Source: an uncultured Rikenellaceae bacterium (GTDB taxonomy: Bacteria; Bacteroidota; Bacteroidia; Bacteroidales; Tenuifilaceae). From it: DNA of 33,381 nt. The notes under the pieces are model-generated. The model saw nothing but the letters and a program-made list of their open reading frames with translations. It was not told where the DNA came from and ran no database searches. Position 1 is the stretch's first letter. Every line of letters begins with the position of its first letter. The position numbers and the translations under genes were made by a program. Positions 8,085 to 16,900 of this stretch are shown here, piece after piece. The stretch is from positions 1 through 33,381 of the forward strand of contig CAZLXF010000002.1 of the NCBI GenBank assembly GCA_964563065.1, read 5' to 3'.

Positions 8085-8918
8085 ATGATGACACGATACG
8101 AAATAGGCATAGTAGAAACCCGAAACGTAATCAAAACTTTACTTGAAACGTTTGATTACGATTTTAGCGATTATGCGCTTACTTCCTTCAAGCGAAGACT
8201 TGAGGATATTATCATAAATAACGGGTTAAAGGATGCTGAAGGACTTATTAACAGACTAAAAAACAACAAAGACTACTTTGAGCATTTCCTCCGTGAAATT
8301 ACCCCTGAAACTACCGAGATGTTTCGCGATCCATCGCTTTGGCGAGCTCTCCGCGATGATATTATTCCGGATATCACAAGAGCATCGGGTAAATTGAAGT
8401 TCTGGGTTGCCAATTTCGATTCGGGCGAGGATTTATACTCGCTTTGCATAACCCTGAAAGAAATGGGCATTCTAAAGGAATCAACTGTTTACTGCTCATC
8501 TATAAGCAATGTAGTTGAACAAAAAATAAAAAGCGGTAAAATTGACGTTAAGCAAATTGAAACTAACGAAGCTAACTATACTCGCTGTAACGGGGACAAC
8601 CAATATGCCGATTACGTTGCTGTTAACAACGGAATAGCTACAATTGATACTACACTAATAGAGAACGTAACCTTTCTGAAGCAAAATACGCTATTCAACA
8701 ATTGCCCCAACAGCATAAAACTTTTGCTCTTTAGGAACCAAATTATATACTACAACCAGTCGTTACAGGATAAGATAATTAACACCATTTCAAACAGCCT
8801 GGTTGGTGGTGGTTACTTCGCCATTGGAGCAAAAGAAACCTTGGATAATACGAACACAAGCAATAAATTTACCGTGGTTAACGATGGCGAAAAAATTTAC
8901 AAAAAGAAAACAGGTTAA
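8085..8918 (+). CDS. CheR-family paralog with divergent SAM-binding motifs
   Basis: The CheR N-terminal domain is conserved (YDFSDYALTSFKRRL...TEMFRDPSLW). Motif I reads FWVANFDSGEDLYS, where the first paralog has WHAGCSTGQEVYS. Post-I reads CSSISNVVE where the first paralog has ASDLNTDVLE. The last motif reads FRNQIIYYN. Confidence 0.75.
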   Translation: MMTRYEIGIVETRNVIKTLLETFDYDFSDYALTSFKRRLEDIIINNGLKDAEGLINRLKNNKDYFEHFLREITPETTEMFRDPSLWRALRDDIIPDITRASGKLKFWVANFDSGEDLYSLCITLKEMGILKESTVYCSSISNVVEQKIKSGKIDVKQIETNEANYTRCNGDNQYADYVAVNNGIATIDTTLIENVTFLKQNTLFNNCPNSIKLLLFRNQIIYYNQSLQDKIINTISNSLVGGGYFAIGAKETLDNTNTSNKFTVVNDGEKIYKKKTG

Positions 8919-8923
8919 ATACA

Positions 8924-9484
8924 ATGTATAAAGCAGTAATTATAGGTGGCTCGGCCGGAAGTTTTCAGGTAATAACTAAAATTTTAAGTTCATTACCTCC
9001 AAACTTTCATTTACCTGTTCTTCTTAGCCTTCACAGGCTAAAACATGTTCGAAGCGGGTTTGTTGAGGCACTATCCATTAAGGCATCAATACCTGTTATT
9101 GAACCATTCGATAAGGATCAGATAAAACCAGGAAAAGCATACTTGGCTCCGGCTAACTACCATATGTTTGTTGAGTTGGGAAACAAAATTGCTCTCTCAA
9201 CCGAGGAGCCCGTAAACCATTCTCGCCCATCTATCGACCTATCGTTTGTTACGGCAGCACAAGTTTACCGCGAAAAGCTAATCGGCATTATTCTTTCTGG
9301 AGCCAACAAGGATGGGGCTTACGGGTTAAAGAAAATTAAGGATTATGGCGGAATTACTATAGTTCAAGATCCGGAGGAATGTCAGGTAAAAACAATGACC
9401 GAATCATCGTTACGGCTCTCAAAAGCCGATCATATACTAAAAACCAATGAAATCATTAGATTTCTACAAAATCTTAAACCCTAA
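8924..9484 (+). CDS. cheB: CheB-type protein-glutamate methylesterase, catalytic domain only (no REC domain)
   Basis: This 186-aa product aligns by eye to the CheB C-terminal domain. VIIGGSAGS supplies the Ser, LSLHRLKH the His, RPSIDLSF is conserved, and LSGANKDGA supplies the Asp. There is no N-terminal receiver. Confidence 0.8.
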   Translation: MYKAVIIGGSAGSFQVITKILSSLPPNFHLPVLLSLHRLKHVRSGFVEALSIKASIPVIEPFDKDQIKPGKAYLAPANYHMFVELGNKIALSTEEPVNHSRPSIDLSFVTAAQVYREKLIGIILSGANKDGAYGLKKIKDYGGITIVQDPEECQVKTMTESSLRLSKADHILKTNEIIRFLQNLKP

Positions 9485-9496
9485 CCCCGATGCCCA

Positions 9497-10303
9497 ATGA
9501 AAAAACTCTCATTCAAATCGAGATTTAGCCACGGCATCCTGCTGTTAATACTCCTTGCCGGAGCAATTACATCGGCATTTGCCATGCATAACATCGTGTT
9601 GCAAAAGGGAGGCACACTAACCTTTTTCCCCATTCTTCTGATGCTTGTTGCAATTGCAGCAGGAATTATGCTTTACCAAAAAGCAGCATCGTACTACCGG
9701 TATTTCCATAAAAAGTCGGAAGAGTTAGACCACCTAAAAAAATCCATTGAGCAAGCACGGCAAGCAGAGGAAGAGGAGATAGCTAAAAGAAGCATGCAAA
9801 ATCAAGAACAGGTAATCGTTGATTTCGAAGCAGAAGCAAAATCTGTTATTCCAACCGAAACCTTCGAAAACACTGAACATTTTATCGAGAAATTGTTAGC
9901 TAACATTGCCAATAAGTTTGAAATAGTTCAGGGGCTTGTTTCTCTTTACAATACAGAAAAAGAAAAATTCGCTTTCTCTGGCGGTTACGCATACTTCTCC
10001 GAGGAACTTCCCCGCGAATTCATTGAAGGAGAAACTCTTTCGGGACAGGTTGCAAAAAATAAAGTTTTGCTAAACCTCAATAATGTTCCTGACGGTTACA
10101 TCACAATTCTTTCGGGACTTGGTAAAGGAACACCCAATAACCTAATTATAGCCCCTATACTAACAAACCAAAGCGAGTGCACTGGTGTAATTGAGTTGGC
10201 TTCATTTAAAACCTTCACCAAGAACGACGAGGAGGTTTTTCGGTACCTAGGCAAATCGCTTGGCGAACATTTTGAAAACGAAACACAAAGCAATGAGGAG
10301 TAA
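9497..10303 (+). CDS. Small membrane-anchored GAF-domain protein (2 TM, coiled coil, GAF; no output domain)
   Basis: The TM segments are [22 protein letters not shown] and [20 protein letters not shown]. The coiled coil reads [25 protein letters not shown]. The GAF core [22 protein letters not shown]....[10 protein letters not shown] is paralogous to the two neighbouring sensors. Confidence 0.75.
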   Translation: [268 protein letters not shown]

Positions 10304-10306
10304 TTT

Positions 10307-12919
10307 ATGGTAACTCATAGCAAAATATCTTCAACCACACAAACCAAGTTCATCTCCCACAAGGTAATGATGGCTGGCGTAATAGGTTTGCTCTTCCTCG
10401 TTCTTGCCTGGATTTTGGAGTTCACAGGACAAAACATTCCTTTCTCCATAAATGGTATTGGAAAAATACATTCCATCAACCCAGCCCTTTGGATAACTGA
10501 TATTCTTCCATTACTGTTTGCCTACGTAACTTGGATTCTCCTTTCAAAACATCAAGAAAAGGTTGTTTTCCTTGAAGAGGAAATTCAGCAACGCGACGAC
10601 GACATTAACAAAAACGCACTTTTCGCCAAAAAAATTGGCGAAGGCGATTACAATGCCATCCTTGAAATTAGCGATGAGGAGGACATCCTTGGGAAATCGC
10701 TCCTTGTGATGCGCGATAATCTTCTAGAAAACAATAAAAAGGAGTCGGAACAAAACTGGATTTCTACAGGAAAAGATGAAGTATCGCACATTCTTCGCCT
10801 GCATAACAACATCGATGAGTTAACCTATGAAGTTCTGGTTAAACTAATTAACTACATAAACGTAATTCAGGGAGCCCTGTACATTTTCGATGAGGATAAA
10901 AAAATCCTAAAAAACCTTTCCACATACGCATATTCTCGAAAAAAATTCATTAACCAAGAGTTTAAAATTGGGCAAGGTTTAATTGGACAATGTGCCTACG
11001 AACGCGATTTTATATACAGAACCGAGATTCCCGACAACTACATTTCAATAACATCGGGTATTCTGGGCGACAAGAAGCCCAAGAGCCTTCTGATAGTTCC
11101 CCTAATAACCGACGAGAAGCTACAGGGAGTTATCGAGTTTGCATCGCTTGACGATAGTATCCCCGAACTCACAATCCGTTTCTTAAAAGAAATGGGCGAA
11201 ATCATTGCCCGAACCATTTTCAACCTCAGGGTAAACCAAAAAACAGAAAGGTTACTGCAGGAAGCCCAGCAGATGACTCAGGAACTTAAGGAGAACGAAG
11301 AGGAACTTCGCCAGAATGCCGAAGAGATGAGGGCTACACACGAGGAACTTGAGAAATCGAACGCTCAACTCGAACAAAAAATTAAGGAGGTTGAAAACGC
11401 ACAGAAACGCCTGCACTCATTACTCGAAAATGCTTCAGAGATTATTTCGATATATAGCAGCAGCTTAAAGCTCACCTACATAAGTCCTTCGGTTACTAAA
11501 ATACTGGGTTACACCCCGCAGGAAATGATGAGCGGCAAGGACATTGACCGTCTCACTCGAAAAGGTGAACAGGATTTGAGCGAGATGTTCCACAAGCTGC
11601 TGGATTCGCCTCGCATGCCCATAACCATCCAGTACACTTTCATGAAGAAGGACGGGGAAAAAATATTCCTCGAGGTTACCGGCCGCAACCTGCTCGACGA
11701 TACTGCTATAAACGGCATAATACTTAATTCCCAAGATATTACCGAGCGTAAAAGAGCCGAAAAAGAAGAGCGCATGCGCAGTAAAATGCAGGCACTTTCG
11801 GAGAACTCGCCCGATATGATTATTCGCCTTAACACTGCCGGCCAATTCTTCTATGCTAACCCAATGGTTGAGCAGTACCTTGGCATTCCTGTAAAAGACT
11901 TGATTAACCAAACGTTAAACTCCATCGATATTAACGAAACCCTTCTTTCGTTCTTCAAGGAAGCAATAAAAACAATAAAAACAACCAAGCAGAAAGTTGA
12001 AGATGATTTAACGTTCGATACGAAAATTGGCCAAACCATAATGCACATTTCGGCAATCCCTGAATTTAACGAGAACGAACTTGAAACAATACTTTTTGTT
12101 AGCCACGATATTACCGAAGCCAAACGTATTGAACTGGAAATTCAGGATAAGAACAGGAAAATAACCGAGAGTATAAACTACGCACAACGCATTCAAACAT
12201 CAATACTACCTAACAACAAAATAATTCGACAGTATCTTCCAAAATCGTTCATTTACTATAAACCTCGCGATGTGGTTAGCGGCGATTTCCCTTGGTTCTT
12301 CATTAAGGAAGATTACATATACATTGCAGCAGTGGACTGTACAGGGCACGGGGTTCCTGGAGCACTTCTTTCGTTCATTGGTTACTTCACTCTCAACAAC
12401 GTTGTTGACCATGACATAACCTACAGTGCAGGAAAAATTCTCGATGTACTCCATTTTGGAGTCCGCAAAACCCTAAAACAGGATAGGCCGGATGCTGATG
12501 CTCGTGATGGAATGGACATTGCTCTTTGTAAAATAAACATAAAGAAAAAAGAGTTACAGTATTCTGGCGCCCACAGGCCACTTTACCTCCTGCGCAACAA
12601 AGAGTTACTAGAATATAAGGGTAATAGGAAGGCAATTGGAGGGATTCCTCATCCCAAAAAGGAGGAATCCGACTTTACCAACTATTTCATCGAGATAAAA
12701 CAGGGCGATAAAATTTTCTTCTTCTCAGATGGTATGCCCGACCAGGTTGGTGGTTCTGACTTAAAAAAATACGGACCAGCAAGGGTTCGGGACATTATTA
12801 CTGCGAATCCAAATATGACAATGCCCCAGTACAATGAGATTTTCTCAAAAGATTTTGAAGAGTACAAGGGTGAAAATAAGCAAATTGACGACGTTTTACT
12901 AATTGGTATCGAATTCTAA
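10307..12919 (+). CDS. SiaA-like membrane PP2C/SpoIIE phosphatase: 2 TM, HAMP-remnant, GAF, EE-heptad coiled coil, 2 PAS, PP2C
   Basis: The GAF domain contains GLIGQCAYERDFIY...LLIVPLITDEKLQGVIEFASL. The coiled coil reads QELKENEEELRQNAEEMRATHEELEKSN. Two PAS modules follow. The C-terminal SpoIIE/PP2C domain shows the metal-ligand pattern VSGDF...AAVDCTGHGVPGA...DGMDIAL...FFFSDGMPDQ...DDVLLIGIEF. Confidence 0.85.
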   Translation: MVTHSKISSTTQTKFISHKVMMAGVIGLLFLVLAWILEFTGQNIPFSINGIGKIHSINPALWITDILPLLFAYVTWILLSKHQEKVVFLEEEIQQRDDDINKNALFAKKIGEGDYNAILEISDEEDILGKSLLVMRDNLLENNKKESEQNWISTGKDEVSHILRLHNNIDELTYEVLVKLINYINVIQGALYIFDEDKKILKNLSTYAYSRKKFINQEFKIGQGLIGQCAYERDFIYRTEIPDNYISITSGILGDKKPKSLLIVPLITDEKLQGVIEFASLDDSIPELTIRFLKEMGEIIARTIFNLRVNQKTERLLQEAQQMTQELKENEEELRQNAEEMRATHEELEKSNAQLEQKIKEVENAQKRLHSLLENASEIISIYSSSLKLTYISPSVTKILGYTPQEMMSGKDIDRLTRKGEQDLSEMFHKLLDSPRMPITIQYTFMKKDGEKIFLEVTGRNLLDDTAINGIILNSQDITERKRAEKEERMRSKMQALSENSPDMIIRLNTAGQFFYANPMVEQYLGIPVKDLINQTLNSIDINETLLSFFKEAIKTIKTTKQKVEDDLTFDTKIGQTIMHISAIPEFNENELETILFVSHDITEAKRIELEIQDKNRKITESINYAQRIQTSILPNNKIIRQYLPKSFIYYKPRDVVSGDFPWFFIKEDYIYIAAVDCTGHGVPGALLSFIGYFTLNNVVDHDITYSAGKILDVLHFGVRKTLKQDRPDADARDGMDIALCKINIKKKELQYSGAHRPLYLLRNKELLEYKGNRKAIGGIPHPKKEESDFTNYFIEIKQGDKIFFFSDGMPDQVGGSDLKKYGPARVRDIITANPNMTMPQYNEIFSKDFEEYKGENKQIDDVLLIGIEF

Positions 12920-12957
12920 ATTGATTATTATCGGTAAATTATTTAATTTTACGGGCT

Positions 12958-13533
12958 ATGGACAAAAAGAATGTTAAAGGGTTTCTTGAGTTTGTTTACG
13001 ACTTTTACAAGTCGATGAAAGCTCATGAGATCACCCTTGTGTACGAGGGTGAAATTACCCACCAAATCACCAAGGCCTTTACCTCCCTAACCGAGTCGAA
13101 CATGGCAAAGGAGGAAGAGTCTAACTCTGTGCAGAAGAAAGTCTTCCATGTAATGGTTGAGTGCCTGCAAAACATCAGCAAGCACGCCGATAGCTTCGGA
13201 TCAGACGACTTTCTATTTGCCGGACGAGGAATCTTTATGGTGAGTAAAGGCGAAATTGAGTACCACGTTACTACTGGGAACGTGATTGAGAACACAAAAA
13301 TTGATGAACTTACTGGTATTCTCGACCACATCAACACCCTGGACAAGGACGGTTTGAAGGAGTTGTACAAAACACAGATGCGTGAAGGACGGCTCTCTGA
13401 AAAAGGTGGAGCAGGACTTGGGTTTATCGACATTGCCAGAAAAACTGGTCGTAAACTTGAGTACCACTTCCTCCCCATCGACGAGGAGAACCACTTCTTT
13501 ATTTTAACCTCAACCATTTCCAGAAACGAGTAA
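12958..13533 (+). CDS. SiaB-like GHKL-fold Ser/Thr protein kinase (partner-switch kinase)
   Basis: This 191-aa product has an N-box-like segment (VMVECLQNISKHA) and a G2-box-like segment (EKGGAGLGFIDIARKTG). Its position immediately between a PP2C phosphatase and a DUF1987 gene matches siaB. Confidence 0.7.
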   Translation: MDKKNVKGFLEFVYDFYKSMKAHEITLVYEGEITHQITKAFTSLTESNMAKEEESNSVQKKVFHVMVECLQNISKHADSFGSDDFLFAGRGIFMVSKGEIEYHVTTGNVIENTKIDELTGILDHINTLDKDGLKELYKTQMREGRLSEKGGAGLGFIDIARKTGRKLEYHFLPIDEENHFFILTSTISRNE

Positions 13534-13548
13534 GAAAATACAAGAGCT

Positions 13549-13932
13549 ATGGAAACCATAAAGATCATGGGTACCGATGATACCCCAACTGTTATACTTG
13601 ACGCGGACAACGATATCTTTGAGATATCAGGTCGCTCTCTTCCCGAGGATGTAACCGCATTTTACGAACCAATTCTTAACTGGCTCGACGATTACGCCAA
13701 CTCGCCTAACGCCAAAACCGTGTTTACCTTTAAACTTGTTTACTTTAACACAGCAAGTTCAAAACTTTTGCTCGATATACTTATGAAACTTGAGCAAATG
13801 CACGAAGATGGCAAGGAAGTGCTAATCCGATGGTTCTATCCTGAAGACGATGAGGACATGCAAGAAGCCGGCGAAGAATATGCCGACATTGTTGATATAC
13901 CATTTGAACAAGTAAGCTACACGCTAAGCTAA
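13549..13932 (+). CDS. SiaC-like regulatory phosphoprotein (DUF1987 family)
   Basis: This 127-aa product reads GTDDTPTVILDADNDIFEISGRSLPEDVTAFYEPILNWLDDY......FKLVYFNTASSKLLLDIL..L........V.IRWFYPEDDEDM.E.GEE. This matches the DUF1987 pattern, including the YxNT(S/A)S motif. Confidence 0.78.
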   Translation: METIKIMGTDDTPTVILDADNDIFEISGRSLPEDVTAFYEPILNWLDDYANSPNAKTVFTFKLVYFNTASSKLLLDILMKLEQMHEDGKEVLIRWFYPEDDEDMQEAGEEYADIVDIPFEQVSYTLS

Positions 13933-13971
13933 ACATATTGCCAGCGGGCTTGTCTTAACAAAACTTAAGCA

Positions 13972-16900
13972 ATGAGTGAAGAGATTCTCAAGGCTTTAAT
14001 GCAACTGTTTGCAATTATTGCAAAACAGGACGAAGGCGTTGAATCAAACGAACGCGACTTCGTTGTGAATTTCCTTACTCAACAACTCAACGATGAGGCT
14101 GTTAAAGAGTACATAAACCTTTTCGATCAGCATGCAGGCCTCAACGACGAAAAAGAAGAGGATGAAGGCGAAGAGGGAAAACCCAAAAAGGTAAAGCTTA
14201 CCTCGGTAAAAGACTCCGTAAAGATTCTGGGAATTTGTAAGAAGATTAACAAAACGCTTACCCAGGAACAAAAGGTTGTTGTACTGGTTCGCCTTTTCGA
14301 GCTGGTTAACGCCGACCGAAAATTTACCGACCAACGTATGGCCATTATCAACACAGTGGCCGAAGTTTTTAAGCTAACCAAAGAAGAGTTTCAGGATATC
14401 GAGAATTTCGTTATTAATAACGACCCCAAAGATCTCGATTACGCAAGCATCCTCAGCATTCATGACCAAGAAGAGCACGGTGTTCATTGCAAACACATAC
14501 CAACCGAAGCCCTAAACGGGCATCTGTTTATTCTGCAAATAAAAAGTGTTGACCTTTACTTCCTACGCTACACTGGAAATGAAGATATTTTTCTAAATGG
14601 GCTCCCAATTAACCACAAGCGTATCTACCTATTTGCTAGTGGCAGTTCCATTAAGCTACCCAAAGGTAAGCCAGTTTACTACACCGATGTAGTTGCTCAC
14701 TACCTTGCCGACCTTAGCGCCACCCGTATTTGCTATAACGTTCAAGATGTTGGTTTCCAATTCAAATCGGGCGACATTGGCCTACGAAATATCAGTTTCA
14801 AGGAGGAGCATGGCAAACTTATTGGGATAATGGGCGCCAGCGGCGCTGGTAAAACTACCCTTCTCAACGTTCTTGCTGGAGTTGAAAAGCCAACCAGCGG
14901 CAAAGTGCTTATAAACGGCTTCGACTTACATAATGAAAAAGATAAAATTGAAGGTGTTATTGGGTTAATCCCACAGGACGACCTGCTAATTGAAGAACTC
15001 ACGGTTTTCCAGAATCTATACTATAACGCCAAACTTTGCTTTAAAGACAAAACAGAAGAAGAACTAGTTGCACAGGTTGAAAAAACGCTAAATAGCCTTG
15101 GCCTACTTGAAAGAAAGGATCTTAAGGTTGGCTCGCCAATGAACAAGATGATTTCAGGCGGACAGCGGAAAAGATTGAACATAGCCCTCGAACTTATCCG
15201 TGAACCCTCCATCTTGTTTGTCGATGAACCAACTTCCGGACTTTCTTCTCGCGACTCAGAGAATGTTATGGACCTACTAAGGGAACTAACCCTTAAAGGC
15301 AAACTTATTTTTGTTGTTATCCACCAGCCATCGTCCGACATATACAAAATGTTCGACAATATGGCCATTCTCGATACTGGTGGATACCTTATTTATTATG
15401 GTAACCCAGTTGAGGCGGTTATGTACTTTAAACGCCTCGACATGCAAATAAACAGCGATGTGGGCGAATGTCCCACATGCGGTAACGTTAACCCTGAACT
15501 TATTTTCAACATAATTGAAGCAAAAGTTGTTGACGAATTTGGACGCTACACGCCCATACGTAAAGTTTCGCCACCAAAATGGGAGGACTATTACAAAGAT
15601 AATATTAAGCTGAGGGAGGTAACCGACGAAACTGAACCGCCACCAAAATCGCTCGACATTCCTTCCGCTTTCAAACAATTCTTAATTTACACCACCCGCG
15701 ACTTTCTTTCAAAAGTTAGTAACACACAGTACATCGTTTTAAACCTGCTTGAAACTCCCATTTTAGGATTTATACTAGCATTCGTAATTCGATACATTGC
15801 CGACCCGAACTCGAACATATACATTTTTCGTGAAAACGAAAACATACCTATATATATATTTATGGCGCTTATTGTTGCTCTTTTCATTGGGCTTACTGTT
15901 AGTGCCGAGGAAATATTTCGCGATAGAAAGATTTTGAAACGCGAAGCGTTTCTCAACCTTAGCCGGACATCGTACCTTTTCAGTAAAATTTCAATTCTTG
16001 TGGTTCTTTCGGCAATACAAAGCATAACCTTTGTTCTAATTGCAAACGGCATACTTCAACTCAAGGGAATGAACTTTGAATACTGGCTGGTTCTTTTCTC
16101 AACTGCTGTTTTTGCTAACTTGCTTGGCCTAAACATATCTGCAACATTTAACTCTGCCGTTACCATATACATAGTAATTCCTCTTTTAATGATTCCCATG
16201 ATGGTTCTTTCTGGAGCCATGTTTAGCTTCGAAAAGCTAAATAGAGCGGTTGGTAGTTTCAGCCGAGTGCCAGTTATTGCAGAATTCATGGTAACAAAAT
16301 GGGGCTACGAGGCCCTTGTCGTCCGGCAGTACAAGGATAATGATTTCCAGAAAAATTTCTACGAAATAGAAAAGGTTGAACGCAACGCAAACTATAAAAC
16401 GGTATACTACATCCCTGAAATTGAGAAGAAAGTACTCGAAACTTTAGATTTTCTTGAGAAAACAGATATCGAAACCCAGCAAAGGTTAAAAGAAGATTTA
16501 GGCACTATTCATAAAGCCATCTTCACTGAAACTAATTACTTAGCGCCTGGGGTTCCTTTCAGTTTCATTGATAGTATTAATATAAATAGCTATTCATTCG
16601 AAACGGCTTATGCTATTATTGACTATTTAGATGCGCTAAAAAATCATTATAGTAAGATTTTTCAGGGGGCAAACCAGAAACGCGACCGAATTATTAACCA
16701 CCTGGTTAGCACAAACCCCAAACTTTACGAAGCAAAAAGAAGAGCATACCATAACGAGAGCATTGCCGATTTGGCCGAAAAAGTATTCGAAAAAAATAAG
16801 ATACTTTTATACAAGGATGAATTTGTACAACAGTACGATCCAATTTATCGCGATCCCTTACCAAGACACGCACTTGATTTTCGTTCTCACTTTTTAGCTC

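Noticed and set aside
4826-9484. Reading the CheR/CheB genes as part of a conventional chemotaxis or gliding-taxis operon.
   Set aside because: The window contains no MCP signalling (highly conserved hairpin) domain, CheA, CheW, CheY, CheD or CheC. CheB lacks its receiver domain. The neighbours are GAF/PAS/PP2C proteins.
11465-12635. A series of 60-148-aa minus-strand ORFs inside the PP2C sensor gene. Similar ORFs lie inside the ABC gene (14044-16936), tsf (24031-24942) and dxs (30170-31666).
   Set aside because: All are antisense to ORFs with strong family signatures. The recurring NSITP peptide in several of them is simply the reverse reading of the conserved GVIE(L/F)AS GAF motif.
13023-13610. 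A 195-aa antisense ORF that spans the whole SiaB-like gene and reaches into the SiaC-like gene.
   Set aside because: Its translation is Ser-rich and low-complexity (SSS, SPS runs), which is typical of the antisense frame of an acidic/Lys-rich gene. It has no -7 box or recognisable motif. The sense-strand product has clear GHKL motifs and operon context.
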